A stretch of 63,224 nt of DNA, the filler included, from Octopus bimaculoides (Eukaryota), in assembly GCF_001194135.2 (NCBI RefSeq). It is 8 parts of 7 records of this genome, joined end to end, with 100 filler letters (N's around TTAATTAATTAA, not from the genome) between each part and the next. Parts side by side here need not be neighbours in the genome. Positions count along the whole stretch, not along the records: positions 51,664 to 60,026 come from NC_068984.1; positions 60,127 to 63,224 come from NC_068982.1; 6 more parts are not named here. One strand, written 5' to 3'. This document shows, in pieces, positions 52,581 to 63,224 of this stretch. The translations under genes were made by a program, and so were the position numbers. The notes beneath the pieces were generated by a model. The model had not been told where the DNA came from. It made no database searches and saw only the letters and a list, made by a program, of their open reading frames with translations. Each line of letters begins with the position of its first letter. Within the stretch, counting starts at the first letter, position 1.

Positions 52581-52764
52581 CTCCAGTGACATATATATAC
52601 ATATATATATGTGAATATAATTCTATTATAAGGATTAAATTTTTCCGAAATTTTTTTATCAGTGGCCAGCATATGAAAAATACTTTTTAAGGCGAAAATT
52701 ATAAATACAATTAGAAATAAGGGCAAAAGAAAATGTTTGCCTTATGCTATTTTTTCAGCATATA

Positions 52765-53168
52765 GGCGCAGAAGTGGCTGAGTGGTAGGTAGCTTGCTTA
52801 CCAACCACATACTACCGGGTTCAGTCCCACTGCGTGGCTCCATGGGCAAGTGTCTTCTACTATAGCCTCGGGCCGACCAAAGCTTTGTGAGTGGATTTGG
52901 TAGACGGAAACTGAAAGAAGCCCGTCGTATATATATCTATATATGCATGTGTGTTTATATGTTTGTGTGTCTGTGTTTGTCCTCCCACCATCGTGTGACA
53001 ACCTATGCTGGTGTGTTTACGTCCCTGTAACCCAGCGGTTCGGCAAAAGAGTACAATAGAATAAGTACTAGTCTTACAAAGAATAAGTCCTGGCTTCGAT
53101 TTGCTCGACTAAAGGCGGTGCTCTAGCTCGGCCGCAGTCAAATGACTGAAGCAAGTAAAAGAATAAAA
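52765..53168 (+). mobile_element. SINE family A, full length
   Basis: Matches family A throughout. Confidence 0.92.
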
Positions 53169-53817
53169 GGATACTGGCTAAGAATTTTTTTCTTTTGCCC
53201 TTATTAATAATTGTATATATGAATAATATATATGTATAGAGAGAAAGTGAGATTAGCAGACACATAGATAAAGAGAAAGAATGACAAAAAAGATTAAACT
53301 GAGTAAGGCAGATGGGTGTGACTGTCATCTGCAAATAATTGAGGTTTACCTCGGCAGGAGACAGGAAAGCATTAGCGAAAACGAAGCAGAAAGGAACGGA
53401 AAGAGGCAAGCAAAAGAAATATGTATCAGAAAAGCGTGGGAGGTAATAGATATAAAGAAAGAAGTAAGGGAGTATAAAAACAACGAGTAAGGGAGAGAGA
53501 GAGGAAAGACGAAGCTTATATGATTCAGATGATATACGCAGAGAGAGATCGATTGATAGATGTATGGTGATATTATACAGATGCAGGAATACATCGTAAA
53601 TGAATAGTTTGACGAAAGGAGAGAAATATAGTATAATTGATGGATAGAAAAAAACTAATATAGATTGAAAGAGGGAGTAAGTGTTATAAAAGGATAGCTG
53701 AGTGATATACAACGATGCTTCTAGGACAGTGATCAAATTTGAGTGATTCCCCACATACTCTGAAGTTCGAATAAATCACAATGGAAGAAGAAATAAAAGC
53801 AAAGGCAAAGGGCGTAG

Positions 53818-54190
53818 CCTGCTTACTGATCACATGGTTCCGGGTTCAGTCCCACTGCGTGGCACCTTGCGCAAGTGTCTTCTACTATAGACTCGGGCCG
53901 ACCAAAGCTTTGTGAGTGGATTTGGTAGACGGAAACTGAAAGAAGCCCATCGTATATATGTATATGTAAATGTTTGTGTGTGTGTGTGTTGTGTTGTGCT
54001 TGTTCCCCCACCATAGCTTGACAACCGATGCTGGTGTGTTTACGTCCACGTAACTTAGCGGTTCGGCAAAATAGACCGATAGAATAAGTACTAGGCTTAC
54101 AAAGAATAAGTCCTGGGGTCGATTTGCTCGACTAAAAGGTGGTGCTCCAGCATGGCTGCAGTCAAATGACAAACAAAAGTGTAAAAGAAT
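53818..54190 (+). mobile_element. SINE family A, slightly 5'-truncated
   Basis: Matches family A. Confidence 0.9.
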
Positions 54191-55128
54191 GTATCAATCT
54201 GTGACTGGCCATCATCACTGGGGAAAATATTTTGCCAAATTCTTGACAGAATCAATGACACAGGTACAGCAGGCCAAAAAATAGCATTAAATAGCCGAGG
54301 GATTAAAATTAATCAAATGTCGCCTGTATCATTGATTCTATTATTATAATTCTTAAAATAGTTACATTGGATAATAATAGAATTAGTGATAGCTTTGTAA
54401 ATAAATTTTAATAAATTATTTTTCTCGTAAATCTGTAATGAGATTATTTCATACTGGTAAGCTGCTGTGTGTTTCGGCGCAAAACGAACCAGTAGCGGCA
54501 CAGACTTCAGAACGATAGGTTGGGAATCTCTTATCTTGGTAATGCGTGCTGAAGAAGCTAAGAATTATTGTGCCAATGCAGAAACTAGTCCATGTGAATC
54601 CAAATACTTAAATGTATGCAAGTAGATTGTCTTAACCGAATTTGCCTTCGTTTCAGTTCTGTAGTTATTACCAGTGTATTTTTGGAGATTTAATAACGAG
54701 TTTTGACTGTTATTTCAAGTAGGTAGACATACTTAGTATGTCCTTTGATAGTACCCTTTAGATAGTAGTCCGTCCCATCATTTATAAATATCTATATCCA
54801 AAATACGTAGCACCGTCTTAACAAAAGAACATCATACTGGTTGACGTAGGGAGGATGCATGATATAAACAAACAAGAAAAGGCAAGTTAAGACGGCGTGG
54901 GAAACTTTGTGGTCACGATATCTGCTAGGAATAGCAGCGAAAGTAAATGTCAAATTACACCTCAGTCACTGGAGGATAGGAAGACTATTAGATTCTTATT
55001 GCATTGTGTTTGAAATACAAAGGCCTTATAGTTAGATCTTCGATGTTTTCAGCATAGATCATCGCGAGCCTGGCTCATACGGTCATAAGCAACTACTAGC
55101 ACCCGCACCACAAACTCATCATCTCCAG

Positions 55129-55193
<65 letters not shown>

Positions 55194-55261
55194 TCTGCTA
55201 CTATTACTACTGCTGCTGCTGTTGCTGCTACTTCTACTATCAATACCACACCACTGCCAAC

Positions 55262-55545
55262 AACAATTCTGTTCATAAGGCTATTTTTCCGAACCGTTAA
55301 GTTACGGTGAGGTAAACAAAGCATTATCGTTTGTCAAGCGGTGTCGGGAGACATACAGAACCACACAGATACACACACACATACAGATACGACGAGCTTC
55401 CACACAGTTTCTGTCAACCAAAGGGAGTCAAAATGCAATGGTCGGCCCGGGGCTCTAGAGGAAGAAACTGGTCTAAGGTACCACGCTGTAAATCCGAACC
55501 CAAACAACGTACCTGCAAATTTAGCTTCTTAAGTACACAACCATT
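55262..55545 (-). mobile_element. Diverged SINE family A
   Basis: CCGAACCGTTAAGTTACG and GTACCACGCTGTAAATCCGAACC remnants. Confidence 0.65.
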
Positions 55546-56772
55546 TTACTTTTGTCAGAACAGTATTCATTTTATGCATAATTTATTATTCTGGGAAGCA
55601 AGTATTCGCTTAAACGAAGGACTTGTGTATGATTTTATTTGTTCATATGCTATTTGTCCATGTCTTAACATATACTGCATTGATTAATCAAACATTTACA
55701 AATCATTGTTGACGACTGTCTATGCATTTTCCCAATGTTGCACCAGACACGCCTTGTCTAGATCAACGCAGTTAGAAGAGAATTCGAAATTGACAAAGAG
55801 ATCTTATGTAATATTCGGTTAATAGTCTCAGAGAAATAGGAGAAACAAAATCTTACAGAAGAAGCAAAATGTTGGTGGTCATTGTTGCGATGGTAACCGA
55901 CTTGAAATTAGTAGATCCATGATCAGAGGCATTATTCAGGAGAGCAGGCATAAAATCTAGCATGTCGCTCACATCATTTCAGCCAGTGTCTTTATTCTTT
56001 CTGTGATAAGGGTGTTTCATTTGACGGCTATTTGACGACTCCTTCTTTTAAGCTGAGTAAACGCGTTGAGTTATTCTTTCCGTCCATTTGCAAGTGGTTA
56101 GTTGTGGCAAGTGAAAGCTTGCAAGATCAATGTCATATGTAATCCAGGATATATTTAGTTTGATAAAAAAAAAAATGATAGTGAAAGAAAAAAAACGTAA
56201 CCAGCTGTCAGTTTATATCTAAGACGTGAAATACTAAATAGATATAAGGCCGGATGGAATCAACCTCAAACACGATTGTTAGCGACATAACTTTAATATA
56301 AAGTAAAGCAGCTTGGTATCAATAAAATATCGGGACGTATGTACAGAACATGTATAAAAGAAAAATAGGAATGAGCAAAAGAAACTTTATTACGGCGTAG
56401 CTTGTGATTCTCTTAACACATTCAAAAGCATATACACGTATACACGCGTAAGCCTACACGTGAACACATATATTAGACACATCACATTCCAACTAATCTA
56501 ACTCGAACAATAATACCCCAAATTGCTCTCGATAAAACAGTGGACAATGCTTCAGAATTATGGCATTAGTCCACACAATAAAAAGGGGAAAAAAAGTTAG
56601 ACTGCACTAAAAAGTCAGAGCCAACAAATACGTGAAAATATTTATTTAACAGTAGGGCAGAACTTAGCTCCCAAATTACTTTGTTGATTAGCTTCAGCAA
56701 ATGAGACAGCAATCATTTGCATGGTACAATTTAGTAAGCAGAACCCAATTTTTATTGGGTTCTGCTTACTAA

Positions 56773-57003
56773 GGCGGCGAGCTAGCAGAAACGTCAGCGC
56801 GCCGGGCGAAATGCTTAGCCGTATTTCGTCTGCCACTGCGTTCTGAGTTCAAATTCCGCCGAGGTTGACTTTGCCTTTCATCCTTTCGAGGTCGATAAAT
56901 TAAGTACCAGTTTCGCACTGGAGTCGATGTTATCGACTCAACACCTTTATCTGTCCTTGTTTGTCCCCTCTATGTTTAGCCCCTTGTGGGCAATAAAGAA
57001 ATA
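56773..57003 (+). mobile_element. SINE family B, full length with 12-bp TSD
   Basis: AACCCAATTTTT at 56742-56753 and 57006-57017. Confidence 0.93.
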
Positions 57004-59782
57004 AAAACCCAATTTTTGAATGGCCCCTGTTTCGAACAAATCGAAATACGAACAAGATGAGCAAAAAATCTGTTTGGAATGGTTAATCCCGTTGTTAAGG
57101 TAAAAATATTTGCAGAAAACAGTGTATTAAAAGCAAGACTGATATAACAGTATTTAATATATGATTTAGTCATTTAGGTATTGAATGGAAGACATTCTGA
57201 TCGGTCTATCATGAAACTTAAACTACAAACCTCAACAAATAGTGAAATACTTTCAGGTGTCACACTAAGCAAGATGATAACATTGTTGTCTGGCATTGGT
57301 GGGACTTATGGCGAGGAAAAGGAAGCAAAAATTAACGATTCATATGTTACTCCTTGACTGAAGACCCAAATCTTTATGTTGCTATTCAGTGGATTTCAGC
57401 AAAGTTACTTACAGGGTAGGTTGTGGTTTTAAACAATGTGTCAGGTTAAATTTACCACACAATACCAAGTGTAGAATTCCGACAATACTCTGCCAATTAT
57501 GCATCCATCCGTATTTACTCACAAGACCTGCTTTAAAACAAATCTGCAAAAAATGTAGAGGGAAAAATTAAGAAAAAAAGAGAAGCGGTGGCTGGAAAAA
57601 ATATGTACACATGTAAAGAATGAAAAAAAGGTGGTAGGAGACAAAGAAATGCATACATAGTTTGGTAAATTCGTGCAAAGATATAAATAAATGCTTTCTA
57701 ACTGAACAGTAAATATAGAGAATGAAGTTTTGATAAATTAACTGATTAATCTTCGTTGCAGTAAATTTTAGAAATTATCATTGCTTAATATATTAATATT
57801 TGCTGTTGGTAAGGCGGTGAGCCGGCAGAATCGTTAGCACGTCGGGTAAAATGCTTAGCGGTGTTTCGTCTGTCGTCAATGTTGTATATATTGAGTAAAG
57901 AATATTAATACGAACGACAGTTATGCAATTCCTGGAATTTAAAAATATCAATGGGAATCTTGATCGTGTTTGAAATAACAAATACTGTATAAAATTGAGT
58001 AAAATTCTAGTAACCATCAAACGACATAAGATCTCATTTTCTTTCCCTTCGAATGAGTATTTAAATTTATAACATCAATATTTATCAAGAAAAGAGGATT
58101 ATTATTGTGGTAGGAGAAATCCACAGGTGTATCATCAGTATTAGATTCACCTAAAAATGGATTGAAATTAATAAACTTAATGAAAGAACACGATCATTGA
58201 ACATTGAAGGGTTTCGATAGAAATATTCATTCTGTTTTGCTTGACATATTTGTCCTATTACAAGTTTACAATAACGAATCAATTAGAAATTTGTTATTAA
58301 AAATATTGATTTTTTTATAAAATATTTTCATTTAAAACAATTTAATTCTTTCACCATTTTCCTTTCCATTATATTTCTTTCCCCATTCTTCTTTCGGTTC
58401 TAATACATTTATTACCTTGAAACAAATCTTATCACTGAAACCTCCATTATATTTTTTAGAAAAAAAATATTTTCCTTGTTTCTATCATCATGTTTTTCTA
58501 CTCTTTAATTTTATTTTTATTTCCAAACTTTTTTTTTTAAAGCAAAAACTGCTTCATAAAAATGTGATTTTCTCTTAGGATTTATACTTAATATTCATTT
58601 CACTGATTTTACTAATGTCAAGTTTGATTAAAAACTTATCCTTTACAACGATTTGGACGACCATGTTATTTTTGTTTGTTTATTGTCTTTCGAACTTTTC
58701 TTCTCCGCATTATCAACCACAGGAGAAAAGTAAATTAGCGAAGAAAATCTTAATTTTAACAGTTAAAGTGGAAAACGCCTAAGTAAATAACGGTTCCCAG
58801 ATAACCGAATGTTTGAATAACTATACATTTTTAGTGTATTTTCTTTTTAAAATAAGCAAGCTTTTAAGATTTTAGAAAAACATTGATTTTTTTTCTTCTC
58901 ATATATTGATTCTCTTTTAAATACTGTTTCTAATATATTGCTTGATTGATTTTTAAGAGATTCATGTTTACTTTAGCTTGTTGGTACGGAAGCTATACGG
59001 ATATCAGACATGGGAATAAAAACGTGATTTTCTTGCGAAAATTACTGATGCGATTTATGATCTCTTAAATGTGTGAGTTACTCAGAATATAAGATTCGAA
59101 ATTACAATTGAGAGTCCAGCAGTCCATGAAAATCTCACTTACTCTGACCTGTTGACTCTTGGGAAAGTTCTCAGTTATTGTGATCAGTGAATTTGGAGAG
59201 AACTGCCGAAAAAGTTTCTCTCACAGCTAAAGAAATATGGAGGAAAAGAATATTTACTACATACTCAGAGATTTAGGTGAAGTGAGAAACAGTGTCTCTT
59301 ATACCGTTTAAGACATCATCGAGGAAATATAATTAACTGTTGGAAATGGTACTGAAGACTGGAACACTGTAACATTAATCCTTTTACCAAAGTGTATAAA
59401 GGAATATGGAGCAAAACAAGGAGTCTCTGCCTGATCGCTTGACCGGATAGAAAAAGCAACCAAATCCTCCCCCGTCAATCAAAATCTTAACATCTTTAAA
59501 ACTGGACATCTTGCATAATGTCCTTCTGGGTACACTAAAAACGCTATGACTATGGTAAGAAGGCTTTTATTCAGTGGACCCGAGTGTCTGGGTATTGACT
59601 CGTCATCAGCGGGTGACAATCACCGGTTGGCGATTCTCAATGCAAATATATATACTTTTTCCAGTGGCGAAAAGTCACTGATCTCGAAAAAGTGGAAACA
59701 AGCAACAATAAATCTATGAGCGAGATATAAACAGTAGCAGCACGACATCGTGAAGTATATTTGCCAACTAAATATATATCGT

Positions 59783-60018
59783 GTCACTCCGTCGGTTACG
59801 GCGACGAGGGTTCTAGTTGATCCGATCAACGAAGAGCTTGCTCGTGAAATTAACGTGCAAGTGGCTGAGCAGGGCTCACCACCCCACCCCTTGCAGGAGC
59901 CTCGTAGAGCTTTAGGTGTTTTCGCTTAGTAATCACTCACAACGCCCGGTCTGGAAATCGAAACCGCGATCCCACGACGGCGTGTCCACTGCCCTGACCA
60001 CTGGGCCATTGCGGCTCC
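59783..60018 (-). mobile_element. SINE family D with a large internal deletion
   Basis: Head and tail match 9625-10038; the central part is missing. Confidence 0.85.
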
Positions 60019-60126
60019 TAATATATNNNNNNNNNNNNNNNNNNNNNNNNNNNNNNNNNNNNNNNNNNNNTTAATTAATTAANNNNNNNNNNNNNNNNNN
60101 NNNNNNNNNNNNNNNNNNNNNNNNNN

Positions 60127-60316
60127 TGTGTCGCTTGTGACAATCTTCTAAGATCATCTTATTGATGAGTAGCTGATCTTTACAACCATAAGATCCACGT
60201 TTACATCCCTTTTGCTCATTAGGAAATATGCTACTTTCTATTAAAAAACTATAGGTATACTCAGTTAGGACGGATGTTAGTGTCTTATACATTGTTGTTA
60301 AGCAGGTTATGGGTCG

Positions 60317-60384
<68 letters not shown>

Positions 60385-60960
60385 CCGTGACGCTTTTGCT
60401 CTGACAGATGTTACACCGACACTTTACCAAAGGAGCGAGCCATATCCTATGGCCAAAGGTCCTTTGGGTCATTCCTTCTCCTTCAACTTTCTAACAACGT
60501 CCTTAGAATCTTTGATGTTCCTAAAAAGGCTGGGTTTTTTTGCATCATCCCCGTTCTGGTAGTAATCCCTGGTTCCTCAAGCCATGCATCTAACCTCTTA
60601 CTAACCGCTCCCAATGCACCAACCACAATCGGTACCACTTGTACGTGCCTGATTCTCCATAGTTACCTGATTTCCCACTTCAGCTCCTGATATTTCTTCA
60701 GTTTCTCACTTTCTTTCTTATTTAGCCTGTGGTCCCACACGGTGAAGCAATATCCACAGTAACTGCTTTGCTCTTCTCATCTCTACGATAACAATGTCGG
60801 ATTTTCTAACCACAATAAAATGATCACACTGGATGGTCATAGCTCACAACATCTTAAATTGCTCGTTTTCAGCGACCCTTTTCGGTTGGTGTTCTTACCA
60901 TTTCTCACTTCTGCTCATGACAGAACTTATGACAGAACTTCCAGTGACTAACCTGGCAAT
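60127..60960 (-). mobile_element. R4/Dong-type restriction-like-endonuclease LINE fragments separated by (TAA)n
   Basis: RT segment RPITCLTTMYKTLT..EQKGCKRGSYGCKDQLLINKMILEDC at 60127-60315. 60460-60960 is a frameshifted C-terminal endonuclease region; (TAA)n lies at about 60318-60383. Confidence 0.8.
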
Positions 60961-61045
60961 TCTGTCGTGACTTCTTGACTTTGAGCACTGGGGCCAATGT
61001 AATCGACTTAGCCCACCCCCGAAATTGCTGGCCTTCAATCAATCA

Positions 61046-61092
<47 letters not shown>

Positions 61093-61581
61093 TTTGAAGA
61101 TTAACACTAATCCTTAGTTTACATATCAGCAACCAACGCTTCACCTGTAGGACCCATTGCTCTCCCATCAGCTGTCACCTCGCCCCCTCTTCTCCTTTCA
61201 GAACCCACCCCACCGCCTCCGTCAACACATCCTACTACCGCTGTCATCTCTCTTTTGTGATTCTTACCGTTTTTAATTGCTTAGAAACAATTTACGAGAA
61301 ACGGTATCTACCCCCTCCCCCACTGTTTACTGAGCACTTTCAGCTGAATCAATAATCCGGGTGGCCGGTGATGAAGGGAGGGCACATCTTAATGACGACG
61401 ACGACGACGATGATAATTATGATGATGATGATAGTGTGAGTTGGGAAACTAAGGTGGTGGTGGTGATAATAATTCGTGGTGATTATCGTTGTGGTAAGGC
61501 TGATGGTAGTGGTAATAGGAAAAGATGATGATTATGGTGATGATGTAGGTGGTGGAGTAGATGGTGTTGCTGTTGTTGTTG

Positions 61582-61612
<31 letters not shown>

Positions 61613-62943
61613 TTGGTGGTTATAGTCATAGTTGTGACAGTGGTGGTGGTAGTGGTGGTGGTGGTAGTGGTGATAGTGGTGGTGGTGGTAGTGGTGGTGG
61701 TGGTGTGTTACTGCTGATGAACATGAGGATGATGATAATGATGACGATGGATTATCATTTCAAAGGCATCTCCAAAATCACAAACGTTGAACAAGCATTG
61801 TTCATGGGTACTACTATTGCTGCTGCCACCGCAAACACAATCTTCACCACAAACATTAACACCACCGCTGCCGCTACCGGCGCTGTTATCGTCGACACCG
61901 TTACCATCACGATCATCATCAAAATCTTGTGTCACATCCAACTCGCTCGCCACTCCTACCGTAACCATCCATTTCACTGGACTCCATCACAAAAGCCGTC
62001 GACCACGATTAACGAGCGAATCCCGATGTGGTCAGAGGACCTGCTAAAAATATCAGCCAAATCTTCCACGTATCACAACCTACTGTCTGAAAAACGGAAG
62101 AACATATTAAAGGAGCTATGTCTGATGATGTAATCTTGGATATTGAATAAATGAATATTCCCGTCCGCATACCTAATACACAGTCATCGTTCTTATCTAT
62201 TCTTTGCATCTTCTTGTTCTCTTCTAGTGGTATGGCGTGGTCGGATCCACTGGGGCAAGGTGCCCTGGATGCTAAATTCCTACAGGCACAAAATTTCAAA
62301 TGAAGAAATCATATGCTTGATAAACAGCGAAAATCAGAATGTTGACATTCATATTCACACATACACAATAGCGATTAGCATTTTCATGTTCGAATCCGCC
62401 ACAATGTATTTAGAATTAATATGTTAGTTATTTTTTAGATTCTTGCAATCTACCCTGCATTTAACGGTTTATTATCGTTTGGCAGACATCCGGATGCTTC
62501 AGCAAATAATTCGCTGAATACTATAAGCAAGAGCTAAAAACTCTGGTTAGATTTATTAGTTAGGGGTACCTTTCACTAAGGAGACGTAACTATGTCAAAA
62601 CACCGGATGTTCCAAAGTCCGCTTAGCACGCATATTCGCCTGAAAAGAATTGTTCTCTAGTAACGAAATACGACAGCAATTAGCACATTCACGCTCGAAT
62701 CAACTGGAACATATTAAGAATAAATATGTATGCTATCGTGAAAAATAGAGTAGTAATAAATAAATAAATAAGGGTTGTGCCCCTTTTCGTAATAATTGCC
62801 TTGCTCCGAGCGCAGGCAGCCCACGCTGCGTCACAACTCTCTTTGAAATATATAAGGTCGGGAGTTCCTGAATTCTCTTCAACTCCGGTTTACTGTTGCG
62901 GTTGAGCACCTAACCATTGCCTTTCCAATGCAACTCACAAGAG

Positions 62944-63224
62944 GTTTTGTTGTTGGCACTCCGTCGCTTACGACGTCGAGGGTTCCAGTTGATCCGATCA
63001 ACGGAACAGCCTGCTCGTGAAATTAACGTGCAAGTGGCTGAGCACTCCACAGACACGTGTACCCTTAATGTAGTTCTCAGGGATATTCAGCGTGACACAG
63101 TGTGACAAGGCTGACCCTTTGAATTACAGGTACAACAGAAACAGGAAGTAAGAGTGAGAGAAAGTTGTGGTGGAAGAGTACAGCAGGATTCACCACCATC
63201 CCCTGCCGGAGCCTCGCGGAGCTT
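62944..63224 (-). mobile_element. SINE family D, running off the window
   Basis: Reverse complement of 9760-10038. Confidence 0.92.

Noticed and set aside
53074-53754. 226-aa hydrophobic ORF
   Set aside because: Antisense reading of a purine-rich tract plus a SINE; compositional artefact.
54249-54340. 17-bp imperfect inverted repeat
   Set aside because: Short, with no TSD or second copy; could be chance or an unidentifiable MITE relic.
57389-57571. Cys-rich ORF as the missing LMO4 LIM1
   Set aside because: Wrong strand, and the Cys/His spacing does not fit a LIM domain.
61561-62133. 190-aa ORF
   Set aside because: Mostly imperfect GGT/GAT/ACC triplet repeats; no domain.
62846-62860. TATATAA near a GC-rich patch as a promoter
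   Set aside because: TATA-like words are ubiquitous in this AT-rich DNA and no downstream exon supports it.

Overview
AT-rich animal genomic DNA, very probably from an octopus (inferred from the SINE, MITE and Penelope repertoire). The assembly is a gappy draft with many N runs. Seven of them are fixed 100-bp spacers carrying a TTAATTAATTAA linker, so contiguity across those points is not shown by sequence. Only three convincing host exons are visible: (1) the first coding exon (-, 210-825) of a signal-peptide protein resembling the GPR158/GPR179-type Cache-like ectodomain; (2) an isolated coiled-coil exon (+, 21357-21515) resembling the N-terminus of kinesin KIF25; (3) the LIM2 exon of LMO4 (-, 36877-37135). 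The rest is intronic or intergenic: four tRNA-derived SINE families, two decayed Penelope-like elements, hammerhead-like Penelope termini, a full-length dead Chapaev3-type transposon with TIRs and a 3-bp TSD, Tc1/mariner and piggyBac-like MITEs, an R4/Dong-type LINE in a TAA array, and many microsatellites. The most unusual structure is a >=7.8-kb ACGA/ACGT tetramer satellite (about one CpG per 4 bp) with higher-order landmarks. It switches strand at a spacer-less palindromic axis (40863/40864) and appears to lie inside an LMO4 intron. Family assignments come from motifs recalled from memory; no database search was run. Almost all other ORFs in the track are microsatellite, satellite or gap artefacts.
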